Source: Rhynchobatus australiae (Eukaryota). Taken from it: DNA of 64,000 bases. Below, piece after piece: positions 51,988-64,000 of this stretch. The notes below the pieces were generated by a model, which worked only from the letters and a program-made list of their open reading frames with translations, made no database searches and had not been told where the DNA came from. How positions within the stretch are numbered: the first letter of the stretch is position 1; the number at the start of each line of letters is the position of its first letter. A program made the position numbers and the translations under genes. Location: positions 31,778,034-31,842,033 of the forward strand of contig JAUZTB010000033.1 of NCBI GenBank assembly GCA_034780895.1. Direction: 5' to 3'.

Positions 51988-52028
<41 letters not shown>
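51988..52028 (+). repeat. (GT)~20 microsatellite continuing into an alternating purine-pyrimidine stretch
   Basis: Directly visible. Confidence 0.97.
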
Positions 52029-52031
<3 letters not shown>

Positions 52032-54329
52032 ACGTGCAGTTGTGTGCATGCATGACTTCACATTGTATCAATCTTCCTTTATTTTTGAAGATAATCGTGT
52101 TTTTAAATACTGAAACTAATGTTAATAACACCACTCGGATAATCAAAGGCTGTCAGAGATTATTAGAAGGTTTTACATTACATAGTTTTTGTGTGCTATG
52201 AAATTTGAAGCCCATTGATTAATTTACCAGAACTTATAATATCTAGTTATCAACATCCATTAATTATCAATTACTGACCTTTGTGATTCTATTCACTAGA
52301 TTTGACAATGTGGAAGGAAAATGCAGCAGAATGTCTGCATTAATAGAGACAAAATAAACATTCACAAGTTGCCAACCCTGCAGTTCAGTGAACTGTCAAT
52401 TTTCTACAACATTCTGATGCAAAGATCATTTGTTTTTCTTTTGGCTCTCATATTTCCTTTATTCTATTAATGTCAAAGTAATTAAGAAAGCAGATGGTAA
52501 AGGTAGCAAAGTTCAGCTTTAGAGAGAATGAATCATTTACCAGATTACATTGAAAATTATACTTATTTGTTGAGGGAAAGACAGCATACAATTTATATGA
52601 AGAAGAAATTATTCTTCTCTCCATGAAAAAGGAGAATTCAAAAATAACAAGGTAAAGATACAGATGAGCCCACTAGTTTGCATAGTTTAGTCTAATTCCT
52701 CCCCCCCCCGATTAATAGCATTAACCCTTCTTGAATTGATGTGATGATCAATCACAATCAAAAATCTCAAATTACTCTTCAAATGACAGATACAGAGACA
52801 AAAATATATGAAGGGCCTGAGGGTCAGAACCTCCATNNNNNNNNNNNNNNTCCATAACACTGGTGGAAGTTTTAGACAAATGGTATAAACCCCTATTTAT
52901 GCTCACCTCTACTAAATTTTTAGGATCAGAACTCATATAGAAATTTAATCCCAGATATTTAATTGAGGGAATGGAAGAGAATGCTGAACAGATTATAATA
53001 ATTTTGAAATTATTTGGCATATTCTGTATACAATCAAATGCACATGGAACTTGGACGTATTTGCTCCATGTCCCACTAGAAAATGAACTCTGAAGCAAGG
53101 GATCAAACAACAGATTCAGTGAGTCAAAATGGTCCTGCTACACTGATAATGTTCTGCATCTGGAATTCCTTTGTTAACAGACTATGATTACAGAGCAAAT
53201 TGAGTTATTTTCTTCTCTTGTAATTAAAAAAAGAATTTACATCCACTGTGCATTTTTAGAATACATGAAAAATGTACCTTAGTGCTATTCTGTGAACAAT
53301 ATTCTTCAGAGCACTTGGCTGGAGCTTCATCATTGTACATGTTTAATAATTGTAACATTGGTGGTAGAATATTATTTCCATTTTGTTAAGGTTCACTTAA
53401 GTTATTTCTCTTACAAATGATGAGTAGTTTTGCAATTCCAGTATTTTCTCTGTAGTTTTTCATACCAATTACAAACTATATACGAAGAAGGGTAATTTAC
53501 CACTCAGCTCACTCTTCTGCAGAATCCCACAATCCCTCACCATGCCATCCAAGTGCTAATCATGCTGCTACTTGAAGACATCAATGTTTGAGTNNNNNNN
53601 NNNNNNNNNNNNNNNNNNNNNNNNNNNNNNNNNNNNNNNNNNNNNNNNNNNNNNNNNNNNNNNNNNNNNNNNNNNNNNNNNNNNNNNNNNNNNNNNNNNN
53701 NNNNNNNNNNNNNNNNNNNNNNNNNNNNNNNNNNNNNNNNNNNNNNNNNNNNNNNNNNNNNNNNNNNNNNNNNNNNNNNNNNNNNNNNNNNNNNNNNNNN
53801 NNNNNNNNNNNNNNNNNNNNNNNNNNNNNNNNNNNNNNNNNNNNNNNNNNNNNNNNNNNNNNNNNNNNNNNNNNNNNNNNNNNNNNNNNNNNNNNNNNNN
53901 NNNNNNNNNNNNNNNNNNNNNNNNNNNNNNNNNNNNNNNNNNNNNNNNNNNNNNNNNNNNNNNNNNNNNNNNNNNNNNNNNNNNNNNNNNNNNNNNNNNN
54001 NNNNNNNNNNNNNNNNNNNNNNNNNNNNNNNNNNNNNNNNNNNNNNNNNNNNNNNNNNNNNNNNNNNNNNNNNNNNNNNNNNNNNNNNNNNNNNNNNNNN
54101 NNNNNNNNNNNNNNNNNNNNNNNNNNNNNNNNNNNNNNNNNNNNNNNNNNNNNNNNNNNNNNNNNNNNNNNNNNNNNNNNNNNNNNNNNNNNNNNNNNNN
54201 NNNNNNNNNNNNNNNNNNNNNNNNNNNNNNNNNNNNNNNNNNNNNNNNNNNNNNNNNNNNNNNNNNNNNNNNNNNNNNNGGATAGTTTGTTAGGTTGAAT
54301 GACAGAATATAACATTAGGGAGATCATAC

Positions 54330-54900
54330 TGGAACTATAAAAAAGCCGGTTAGGCCACATCTAGAATACCAAGATTATCATTTCTAGAATATCATTCTAC
54401 TTATAGTATTACAAGGAGAATAGCAAAGATGCATCACAAGAAGATTTACAAGGATGTAGCAGGGATGTAGGATTTTGGTAATGAGGAAAGACTGGTTAGG
54501 CTAGGGTTGGTTTCTTTAAAAGGAAGGAGGCTGGAGAAAATTGAAGTGTTTCAAATTATGAGAAAGCTGGGTAGAATGAACAATAAGGACCTCATTCCCT
54601 CAGCTGAGGTCAATATCTTGGGAACATGGGTTTAATTCATTGGTAAAATGGGTCAGAGGAGATCTGAGGAAACATAAACCATGTAGAGAGTGGTAGGGGT
54701 CTGAAATCTACTGCGTGAAAAGGTGGTAGAGGTAGAAACATTAAGCACTTCTATTAAGTTCTTAGAGGAGGGGTTGATATTTAACTTATAAGGCAATGTA
54801 CTGAGTGCTGAGAGGTGGGACTGGTTTGGATGGATCTATTTTGGCCAGCAAGGATGCCTGAATGACCTCTTTCTGTGCCTATATTGCTATAATTCTATGA
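54330..54900 (+). mobile_element. Old CR1 3' fragment
   Basis: GTTAGGCCACATCTAGA, AGATTTACAAGGATG, AGAGTGGTAGGGGTCTG and tail TGTGCCTATATTGCTATAATTCTATGA. Confidence 0.75.
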
Positions 54901-55084
54901 GCTGCCTCCATTGCTGTACCAGATGAACAAAAATAAATTTATCTTATTGAGAGATCGTTTGATGTTGTTAATTCAAGTCTTTTGTACAATGCATTATGAA
55001 AGGTGAAATGATTGTCAGGTACTTGAATATATGACCAGTGGTAACCTTAGGATTTTACAAGTCAATTCACAATTTCTAATATTT

Positions 55085-55210
55085 TCTGGGTCTCATGAAG
55101 GGTCATAGGACAGAAACATTATTCATGTTTCTCTTTCTACAAATACTGTCCAATCTGCTATTTTTAAAATTTCCAATTCAGATCTTCAGCATTTCTAGTA
55201 CTTTGCATTT
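55085..55210 (+). mobile_element. Penelope-like terminal fragment
   Basis: CTCATGAAGGGTCATAGGACAGAAACATT...TTTCTCTTTCTACA, same family as 44900 and 48750. Confidence 0.55.
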
Positions 55211-55329
55211 GGATGCCACAATAGCTTCCCATTTCTTTTTTACATAAAAGAAGAGTGAATGAGAACAAAAGAAAAAAACAAATGGGCTATTTGGCCATTT
55301 AGTGGGAGAGGGGAATGGTTGCCAAAGCT

Positions 55330-55590
55330 TGCTCACTCTCACACTTCTATCCTCATCTATCCCTCTTTACTCTTCCTCCATGCTCTCTTTCACCAAGTTC
55401 TCCCTCTCTCACCCTTTTGCCCCTTCCTCCCTCTCTCATCTTTACCACGCTTGTCACAACCCTCAGTCACTCCTCATTCTTTCTCTGAGAACCTCACTCA
55501 TCCTCACTCCATTCCCTCCCCCACCCTATTCACAGCTATACCTCCCTCTCTCTCCTCTCACCACCAATTCTTTCTCTTTTACCAATACCA
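55330..55590 (+). repeat. Pyrimidine-rich low-complexity tract
   Basis: About 260 bp dominated by C/T on the + strand. Confidence 0.8.
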
Positions 55591-58078
55591 CTGCTGCCCG
55601 TCAGACTGAATGGCAGCAAGAATGGAGCCCTTATTTAAAATCCTGATTCAGCAGAGTGGGTCAGGTATTGAAACTATCATNNNNNNNNNNNNNNNNNNNN
55701 NNNNNNNNNNNNNNNNNNNNNNNNNNNNNNNNNNNNNNNNNNNNNNNNNNNNNNNNNNNNNNNNNNNNNNNNNNNNNNNNNNNNNNNNNNNNNNNNNNNN
55801 NNNNNNNNNNNNNNNNNNNNNNNNNNNNNNNNNNNNNNNNNNNNNNNNNNNNNNNNNNNNNNNNNNNNNNNNNNNNNNNNNNNNNNNNNNNNNNNNNNNN
55901 NNNNNNNNNNNNNNNNNNNNNNNNNNNNNNNNNNNNNNNNNNNNNNNNNNNNNNNNNNNNNNNNNNNNNNNNNNNNNNNNNNNNNNNNNNNNNNNNNNNN
56001 NNNNNNNNNNNNNNNNNNNNNNNNNNNNNNNNNNNNNNNNNNNNNNNNNNNNNNNNNNNNNNNNNNNNNNNNNNNNNNNNNNNNNNNNNNNNNNNNNNNN
56101 NNNNNNNNNNNNNNNACTGTCACCTGTAGGCTGCATGGAAATTAATGACAAATATAAAAAAGCTAATAACAGAGATTCAGAAATAGAAAGCAATATTCAT
56201 CACATCCTTAATCATTTTAACATGACCTAGAATAGTTATAAAATTTAGATTGATCTCCCCTCTAACTTTAGTAGGTCCTTTGATGTGGGCTTTCACAAAG
56301 AATGCCAGTCTTTGAAAACATTAGATATCAAAGAACTCACAAACTAAATTATTATAACAGAAGTTTAAGGTAATAAATAATTGGGTATCTGAGACATTCA
56401 TTTGTGATACATAATGAAAAATCAAAGTCAAAAGGAAATTGGATTTCACACAGTCTAGTTTAGCTGATTGACAAGTTGCTATACAAGGTAAGTTCTTAAT
56501 TAGTTGTGAAAGTACAGAAAGTTGTGCTTATACTTGAAGCATGAAGAGAAAGATAATTAATTCACAACTCAAGATGTTATCTGAAATAAACACTGTTGTT
56601 GTGGGAAACTGTAACTTGCCCCATAGGTGACTACAAGATGGCAGTAACAAATTCTAATTTTCCAAAACCAACAACAATGAAATCTATTTAAGTGCATAAA
56701 GAATGTGAGAATTGTTGACCGTTCAGGTACTCTCCTCCTCCTCGGAACAGCATGATGGTAAAACAATGGGACTATCTTCGTTAAGACAACAGTGATAGAT
56801 TCATTGTGACTTGTTAATGAATTTGAACAAATTATTAAATTCAATTTTTTTTTACAGGCAGTGAATGACTGTTGGGATGATTCAAATCATTGGCTGACAT
56901 TTTGAAGAATCCTTACTGATATATGAGGGACTCTCACTCACCAGTGAGAGCATTTGAAAATTGAACTGTTTTAAAAAATGAACGGTTTGATGCTGTCATT
57001 AAGCCAGAAATATCATGAATTATCTCTGTTATGAACAGTGCATCTGCTAATCATATTTGAAATTAATTTTTAGGACAAGTGGAGAATATGCAGATGTGAA
57101 CAATCCATAACTTTTATTACATTGAAAAATTTTTCTGACTGGCATNNNNNNNNNNNNNNNNNNNNNNNNNNNNNNNNNNNNNNNNNNNNNNNNNNNNNNN
57201 NNNNNNNNNNNNNNNNNNNNNNNNNNNNNNNNNNNNNNNNNNNNNATTTTATTAACGAGAGAATACGCGCAGTGGAACTAAAGTTCCCAAGCGTGTTTCA
57301 GCACGGCGCTATAATCTTGCAGCACGTGCAGTGTTGGATATTTCTCCCGTACCTATAAAAATAAAGAACCACACGGGAAAAACAGAGTTAAGATTTTCAG
57401 CGAAACTTTTTGCAAAAAGGTAAAATTCACAGTTCCAACACTAGGGCTGGTTTCTGTGACCTCCGAAGGTTTTCCACATCTGTTCTCCTTTTTATTGTTC
57501 ACACAGGAAGGAGGAAAAGACTGGACGTCTTGATTAGGCAGATTACGAGGGCAAAGTGATCTTAGAACATTTTGATTAAATGCTTAAGAGGAACAATTAT
57601 AATATAAGATCGATTGGATATTAGTTGATATGTATAACCTTGACATTTCTGGTTTTACAAAAGAACAAACACGTCAAAGAAAAAACAGCTTGTGTAAGGA
57701 CAAAGACTTCCTATCAGCTCGGACGTGGACTGATGGTTCTTTATTCTCCAGAGACTTCTTTGCTTCTTATGCACAAAGTGCAGAAATCATGAAACAGTTT
57801 AAAATGATAAGTAACATAATAAAAACCCTTACACTTGCTGAGAGTGGCTGCTTTTCCCCCTCCCTAGTTAAGAAACATGACGATACTGCTCTTCCATCTT
57901 ATGCTGGATGAAAATATTTAACAATACTTTGTTTTGCAGCTGAGCAATTGAACATCATTCTATTCATGGTTCAGTGCTAACTTTTGTTGAGAGTCACCCT
58001 CTGGTTAGTCAACAAAGCATTAACTATTAAAAACATAGAAAATAAGGCTAAACAATTCTAAATATTTGAGAGCACTAC

Positions 58079-58321
58079 CTTTTGTGCTTCATATGCTTCC
58101 TTCAGGTGCGTATAATTGGTCATTGCCCTCATGGCAAAAGGCAGCTTGCCAATGGCTTTAAGGTCAATTGGTCTTTTATGTGCCGTCCTTATGAAGGTGT
58201 TCATCCACCAGTAAGTGCCTTTAGAGAGTAGGTTCACAAATGGTTGCAAGAATCGGACACCTAAATCCTGCAGGTCTTCTGGAGGTTTCACTTCTCTTGA
58301 GTGTTTGTAGAAAATATAGCG
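58079..58321 (-). CDS. ABCC8: ABCC8 exon 5 (243 nt), L0/lasso linker: [81 protein letters not shown]
   Basis: Acceptor CTGTAG|CGC, donor AAG|GTAGTG; near-identical to the SUR1 L0 linker; length equals human exon 5. Confidence 0.97.
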
Positions 58322-58964
58322 CTACAGCAGGAGAAATGATACCTGAGTTAATCATTGAAACAGTAATGGAGTTGGAAGTTTACAGTACATATTCTCATTA
58401 TTGAACATATTCTTTCTGCTAACAACATAAAATAAAAGGTGCATGTACACACTCTTCAATAATTTCTCCCCAGCTTGTATTCCCTCCTTTCCTGAAGGTG
58501 GCGAATGTAACTGGAATAAAATTCCCAGTTAATTTGTAACTTTCCAGTATTTCTCTTAGGTGACTACTGTCCTTGTGTGAATCCAGACAGTAAGTTTCAC
58601 CAGGCTTTGCGATTACAGAGCTGCATCACCTCAAATACTGTCTCTAGTGGTCACTGAACAGGTATACACACGTGCATGCACATACACATACACACACCTT
58701 CCGCAAAGAGTCACTAGATAGCTCAGTAATAGATATACAAAATCATTGTCAGCCCATTTGGGTGAAAACACTCAGGCCAAATAGAATGAGAATTACTCTA
58801 GATCAGTAAAAATTATTCTTCCACTTAAGAATACATAATAAAATTCTATAATAAATTATTTGCCTAAAGTATCAAGCAAACTTCATCTAGAAAGGAAAAT
58901 CATGCCCAAGTCAACTCATGGCTAGGAAACATTTTGAAAAATGCATCAATTATCTTACTTGCTT

Positions 58965-59325
58965 ACCATGATACAGAAGAGGGCAATCTTAGTTCAGCAG
59001 GCCCATTGTGGCTGCCAGCAGAGCAATCCCATCAGTCCCATTACCCCATCCTTATTTCCCTTTACTCTTGCAACTTATTCTCTCTTGCTCTTGTGCTCAT
59101 TAACTCCCTACCCTTAATCACCCACCTACAATAATGTGTAATTTATAGGAGCCAATTAACCTACCAGAATACCTTGGGGATGTGGGAGGAAATCAGAGCA
59201 CACAGGAGAATCCCACATATTAACTTGAAGAATGCGTAAACTCCACACAGACAGCACTTGAGGTCAGGATTGAGCCTGGGTCCCTGAAGCTGTAAAGCAG
59301 CATTCTAAGTGTTGTGTCACCCTAC
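58965..59325 (-). mobile_element. V-SINE with CR1-type tail
   Basis: Reverse V-domain GATGTGGGAGGAAA.CAGAGCAC...AAACTCCACACAGACAGCAC..GAGGTCAGGATTGA.CCTGGG. Confidence 0.78.
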
Positions 59326-60214
59326 TACATAAATGAATTCTCTCTCATCCGTGATATANNNNNNNNNNNNNNNNNNNNNNNNNNNNNNNNNNNNNNNNNN
59401 NNNNNNNNNNNNNNNNNNNNNNNNNNNNNNNNNNNNNNNNNNNNNNNNNNNNNNNNNNCGTGATATATCCAGCTACATGTGACACTTCATATGTAATCTT
59501 TTCATCATATCTGGTGAAATATGTTAGATACTATGGCCCTGGTTCTGGACTTTCTCAATAAATGGAGACATCTACCTGAAAATTCACCCCTGATCAATAG
59601 TGCTGAACATACGATAGAGTCAATCTACTAAACCTCTAAAAGTCATTCCATTCTTTCAGCTTCATTCTGGATAATCTTCTCCACACATGCTGCATTAAAC
59701 CCCAGCCTGTTCAATCTCTCAGTTCTGGTAACATTCCGGGAAATTGTCTTAGCAACTTCTTTGGTATCTCTACACTCCTTTTAGAATATGATGATCAAAA
59801 CCACCCACGGTACTCTTTTCAATACAGAATTTTCTGCTTTTCAATTCTGACACTCTTGAAATGGAACCCAGCGCTTTGTTCATTTCTTTGAAATTAACCA
59901 TATCACTGCTTTTAATAATTTCTCTATCTGTACCTCCATATCCTTTTGCCCATCTACTCTGATTGGATAACTGCCCTTCCCCAACCTCCCTCCTCCATGG
60001 AGACTATGATTGTTTACTCTTCCTAACAACTAAAAAGGATTTCACCATTTCAGTGTCCTACTGCCAATCATTGTGCCATTATTGTATGGCAGTTCAATGT
60101 ACCATCAGGAATTGATGCAGCAATGTAAACCTAAGCAGGGCAACAAGGGCTATCTGTTGATGGCAAAAGCCACGCACACATGTAGCATGCAAGCAACAGA
60201 AGCTGTGCTTTCAT

Positions 60215-60490
60215 ATAAAGACCCACACAGTTTGAGAACAAGGGCTAGGCCATTTAGGACTGAACTAAAGAGAAATTTATTCACTCCAATGGTGGTGAAC
60301 TTCTACAATTCTCTATCCTGGCTTTGATCTATCAGAACAGAGACTGATAGAGTTTTGGACATTTAGGGAATCAAAGAATATGGCGATAGTGCTGGAAAAT
60401 GACTGAAGTAAGAGATCCCCTACGATCTTAATGCATGGCAAATCAGCCTCAAAGGGCCAGATGGCCTACTCCTGCTCCTATTTCTTAGAT
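60215..60490 (+). mobile_element. Old CR1 3' fragment
   Basis: HSLRTRARPFRTELKRNLFT..VVNFYNSL; tail GGCCTACTCCTGCTCCTATTTCTT. Confidence 0.75.
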
Positions 60491-60869
60491 GGTTTACACA
60501 CAGTGGTTCTTGGAGTGCTTCAGTCTTCAGCATGTGGGCTTTGGTGAATGAGGGGGCTATCGTGAGGTTAGGATAGTGCCAAGTAGGAAGCATCTCAACG
60601 TGGGTTTTTGGTTCAACAGGTTGATATTGGAGCACAGGTACATGTGTGGNNNNNNNNNNNNNNNNNNNNNNNNNNNNNNNNNNNNNNNNNNNNNNNNNNN
60701 NNNNNNNNNNNNNNNNNNNNNNNNNNNNNNNNNNNNNNNNNNNNNNNNNGGTTGATATTGGAGCACAGGTACATGTGTGGTGAATCTGTTCTGACACTTT
60801 TTATAGTTTATAGATTATTAATGAGGGTTAGGCATGGCAGGACAACTTGGCCAAGTGAAACGCACCTCT

Positions 60870-61062
60870 TGCACAATACAGCCATACAGCACAGAAAAAG
60901 GCCCTTCAGCCCAACTGGTCCATGCCGATCAAGATGTCCATCTAAGCTAGCCCCATTTGCCTGCATTTGGCACTTGTCCCTCGTCCCTCCAAACCGTTCC
61001 TATCCACATATATGTTCAAGAGTCTTGTAAATGTTGTTATTGTACCTGCCTCAACCATACCA
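60870..61062 (-). mobile_element. CR1 3' end fragment
   Basis: ATACAGCACAGAAA.AGGCCCTTCAGCCCAAC, as at 2574 and 37165. Confidence 0.8.
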
Positions 61063-61064
61063 AG

Positions 61065-61715
61065 TGGGAGGTCCTGAATACTTTCAGTGTTCCAGGCAAT
61101 CACATATCTCCAGCTGCGGCAGCTAGAACTTCTCATTTCAATTTAGACCAGTGTCCGGAATCACTGTGGTGCACCCCGACGCCAAGAATTTTGTGGAAAG
61201 AACATTTGGGAGATGGTCACAGGCAGAGAGGGAGGAGCGGGAAGTTAGTCTGAGTCAATCTCACTAACAGATTTTCCCTTTTGGACCTTGATGAGGATGG
61301 TTCCTCAGCGGAGTGCAGTCAGAATCAGGAGTGTGGCACCACGAGTGGATCAACTGCATGGAAGGGGAACAAGAGGAATGAGAGAACAATAGTGATAGGG
61401 AATTTGATAGGGGAACAAACAGGCATTTTTCTGTCTGTAGACATGCCTCCCCAGTGAGGGTCGAGGACTTAACTGAATAACTATAGAACATCCAGAAAGG
61501 GGAGGATGAACAGCCAGAGATTTTGGTCCACATGAGTTTCAATGTCAGAGACAGAAAAAGAGATGAGGCCCTACAGGAAAGGTTTAAGGGAGATAACAAA
61601 GAGGTTAAAAAACAGGACCTCAAAGATTATAATCTCAGAATTACTCTCAAAGTCCAGGAAAATGCAGCCAGAAAAAGGAGGGTGGAAGAGAGGAATGTGT
61701 GTCTGGAGACATCTC
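61065..61715 (+). mobile_element. Decayed CR1 ORF1 (SGNH-esterase-like) fragment
   Basis: Remnants IQKGEDEQPEILVHM, RDRKRDEALQ and LKNRTSKIIISELL resemble the CR1 ORF1p esterase domain. Confidence 0.6.
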
Positions 61716-62789
61716 ATTTTGATCAGCTTACATGTGGTTTCATTTGAGTCATGGGTTCATGCTGCATTGTGAAGGGCATTCTCTCACTTTAGAAGATGAT
61801 CACAAAGAAGATAATCATTTTTTGACATGTTTTTCACTGATGACAGCTTTTTCAGATTGCTGGGAGTGCAGCCTGGGTTGAAGACGTTGAGGGTGAAAGA
61901 GTTAGCCATAAATGCTTATGAAGTGAAATGGCAGGACAGTCAGAGATTTGCCAATAGGTGCAACTATGGACAAGAGAATGGAAATGACCATAAACAGCAG
62001 AGGTTTACAGTTCAGAAGAGGCTGTTCAACCCAGTATCTGTGACTCAATGCTAAAGCAATGCTAAACTTATCCCAGCATTTGTTCCCACTCCTGTACCTT
62101 TCTTTGCCTCAGTAGTTTAATCAATTTTTCATTGGGAAGGGTCTCACATTTGAGTACCTAACATATTCTAATTTTGGGCTTTGCTTAACAATTATTTAGA
62201 TTGCTTTCATTTATGCAACTTTTTGTTTCCTTTGCTGCTTTTAAATCACTTTACGTGCCACACTGTTCTGGGCTTTGTCAGCAGCTCTGCTGGCATTTAC
62301 CACGTAAATGGTTGGAAGTTCAGAACTTTGACATATACTTTACCAAATGGCTAAATCCAAGATCTACTGACAGATTCTGTCATGACACTGCACCAGCAGA
62401 TGCCACATGGTTCCTAGAACTCTGTGAAGTCTGTGCTCCTGGAACCTGACCCAGATTAGACTGATGCACTAGATCTACCTTTATTAGTTTCTGTTCACAA
62501 CTACATCACAACTTGGCTTGTTATACAGCACCACTGGCCCCCAACACCACCCCCCTCCAAGATATTTCCATTTCAATTTGTCTCTTTTCCCTTCTGTTTC
62601 TGACTACTGGAATTTAAAGTAATTTTGATCTGGATGACTTTGGTCTTCACCCCCTCTCTTCTCTCCACCGCTCCCCCCTCTATAATTTACCTTCTCACTT
62701 TTCCAGTTCTGACGGAGATTCTGTCCTTGACCTGATCTTGTAAAATACTGACTCTACTTTCCTGCTGATGCTTCCTCCACGTTGTCCCC

Positions 62790-63163
62790 TCTCTAGCCCA
62801 GGTACAACCCTACCCATCATGGATGACATCTTCAAGAGGTGGTGCCTCAAAAAGGCAGCACCCATCACTGAGGACCCTCACCATCTGGGACACGTCCTCT
62901 TCACGTTACTGATTACTGCCATCGGGGAGGAGGTACAGGAGCCTGAAGACCCACACTCAGTGATTGGGGAACAGCTTCTTCCCCTCTGCCACAGATTTCT
63001 GAACGATTGATGAGGCCAGGAACACCACCTCATTATTCTTTTTTTTGCACTACTAAGTTATTTTTGTAACTTATAGATTTTTATGTCTTTGCACTGTACT
63101 GCTGCTGGAAAACAACAAATTTCACAACATATGTCAGTGATAATAAATCTGATTCTGATTCTG
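62790..63163 (+). mobile_element. Rex1/Babar LINE 3' end
   Basis: CLKKAAPITEDPHHLGHVLFTL; tail GATAATAAATCTGATTCTGATTCTGA; same family as 8977-9870. Confidence 0.85.
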
Positions 63164-64000
63164 AGCCATCAGTATTAAGGAGGAAATTGGGCTGCAACAT
63201 CTAACATTCATATATAAGTAGTCAAACACAGAAATTATTAGGCTCCAATCCAAGTTGTTCTACTTCTCTGAATGCTCTGTTGTACAAGTATTTCATTCAG
63301 AGACTTGGTTTTAAGTCACGTGAAGAGTGTGAAGTTACCGTAGATATCGAATTGATATCCATAAACATGTTTGTCAAAGCTACAGCTNNNNNNNNNNNNN
63401 NNNNNNNNNNNNNNNNNNNNNNNNNNNNNNNNNNNNNNNNNNNNNNNNNNNNNNNNNNNNNNNNNNNNNNNNNNNNNNNNNNNNNNNCCCCACACCCCCC
63501 CCCTCCACCACACACACACTCACTCACAAAATAGTGAACGATGACTTCTTGATATTTTCATATCATAAGCAACAATAGATTACAAGGTCCTTTGAGCCTG
63601 CTTTGCCACTGAATTAGACCACAGTGTTCTTGTGCCTCGAGTGCACTTAGTAACCACGCAAACTTTTTTTGTATTGATAAACAATAGGCATGACTTTTCT
63701 CACTTTAAGTAGGTAGCACTGGAAATTACACTCACATTGCATGTCAGAAGAATTATCATGTTACAAGTCATGACTTTCACCAGATGAAGCAAGCTGTTGA
63801 TGCCTGGTGTCAGTTTGAAGAGGTTAGACTTTGCTATACTTTATTTTTAAAGCAATACATGATTTGGCCAAGCAAGAGTCATGCCAGTCTACATTCTGAC
63901 TGTATAACTGGCAAGATAATTATATAAATACTTCTCTATGACTTACATTGCAATCATGATTGGGCTCCTATAACTCTCCTGATGTATTAGTGAACTCTAT

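Noticed and set aside
51944-52201. ORFs with CVCVCV / HTHTHT runs
   Set aside because: They are translations of the (GT)n microsatellite.
36800-60781. Direct repeats flanking 100-N gaps (36800/36917, 41762/41891, 48977/49102, 59350/59459, 60619/60750), which look like CRISPR repeats or target-site duplications
   Set aside because: Each pair sits exactly on both sides of a fixed 100-N placeholder. This is the signature of overlapping contig ends in scaffolding, not biology.
58322-64000. Search for ABCC8 exon 4 (LLIYW...EVNVIRVR)
   Set aside because: No match in the resolved sequence; it presumably lies beyond the right edge of the window.

Overview
Vertebrate genomic DNA that is AT-rich, CpG-depleted and from a gapped draft assembly. 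The repeat content (V-SINEs, HER1/CR1-like, Rex1/Babar and Penelope relics) points to a cartilaginous fish, probably a ray (inference). The whole window lies inside one minus-strand gene, ABCC8 (sulfonylurea receptor SUR1, the regulatory subunit of K-ATP channels). I traced 16 coding exons by hand, equivalent to human exons 5-11 and 13-21. Every visible junction is GT-AG, and lengths and phases match human ABCC8 as I recall them, except exon 14 (111 vs 117 nt). They encode the L0 linker, TMD1 and NBD1 (Walker [10 protein letters not shown]-loop, LSGGQ signature). Exon 10 is cut by an N gap, and exon 12 is not visible (probably in the gap at 18872-19325). The introns are full of decayed retroelements. 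I found no convincing previously undescribed biological system. The best second-look items are tandem NAGNAG acceptors and a candidate 15-nt microexon in the NBD1 linker, a Cys435-to-Ser substitution beside the drug pocket, Penelope-derived inverted repeats with degenerate hammerhead cores, a V-SINE subfamily with a Rex1-type tail, and a CpG-rich patch in intron 5. Repeat boundaries are approximate, and family names come from recalled motifs rather than database searches.
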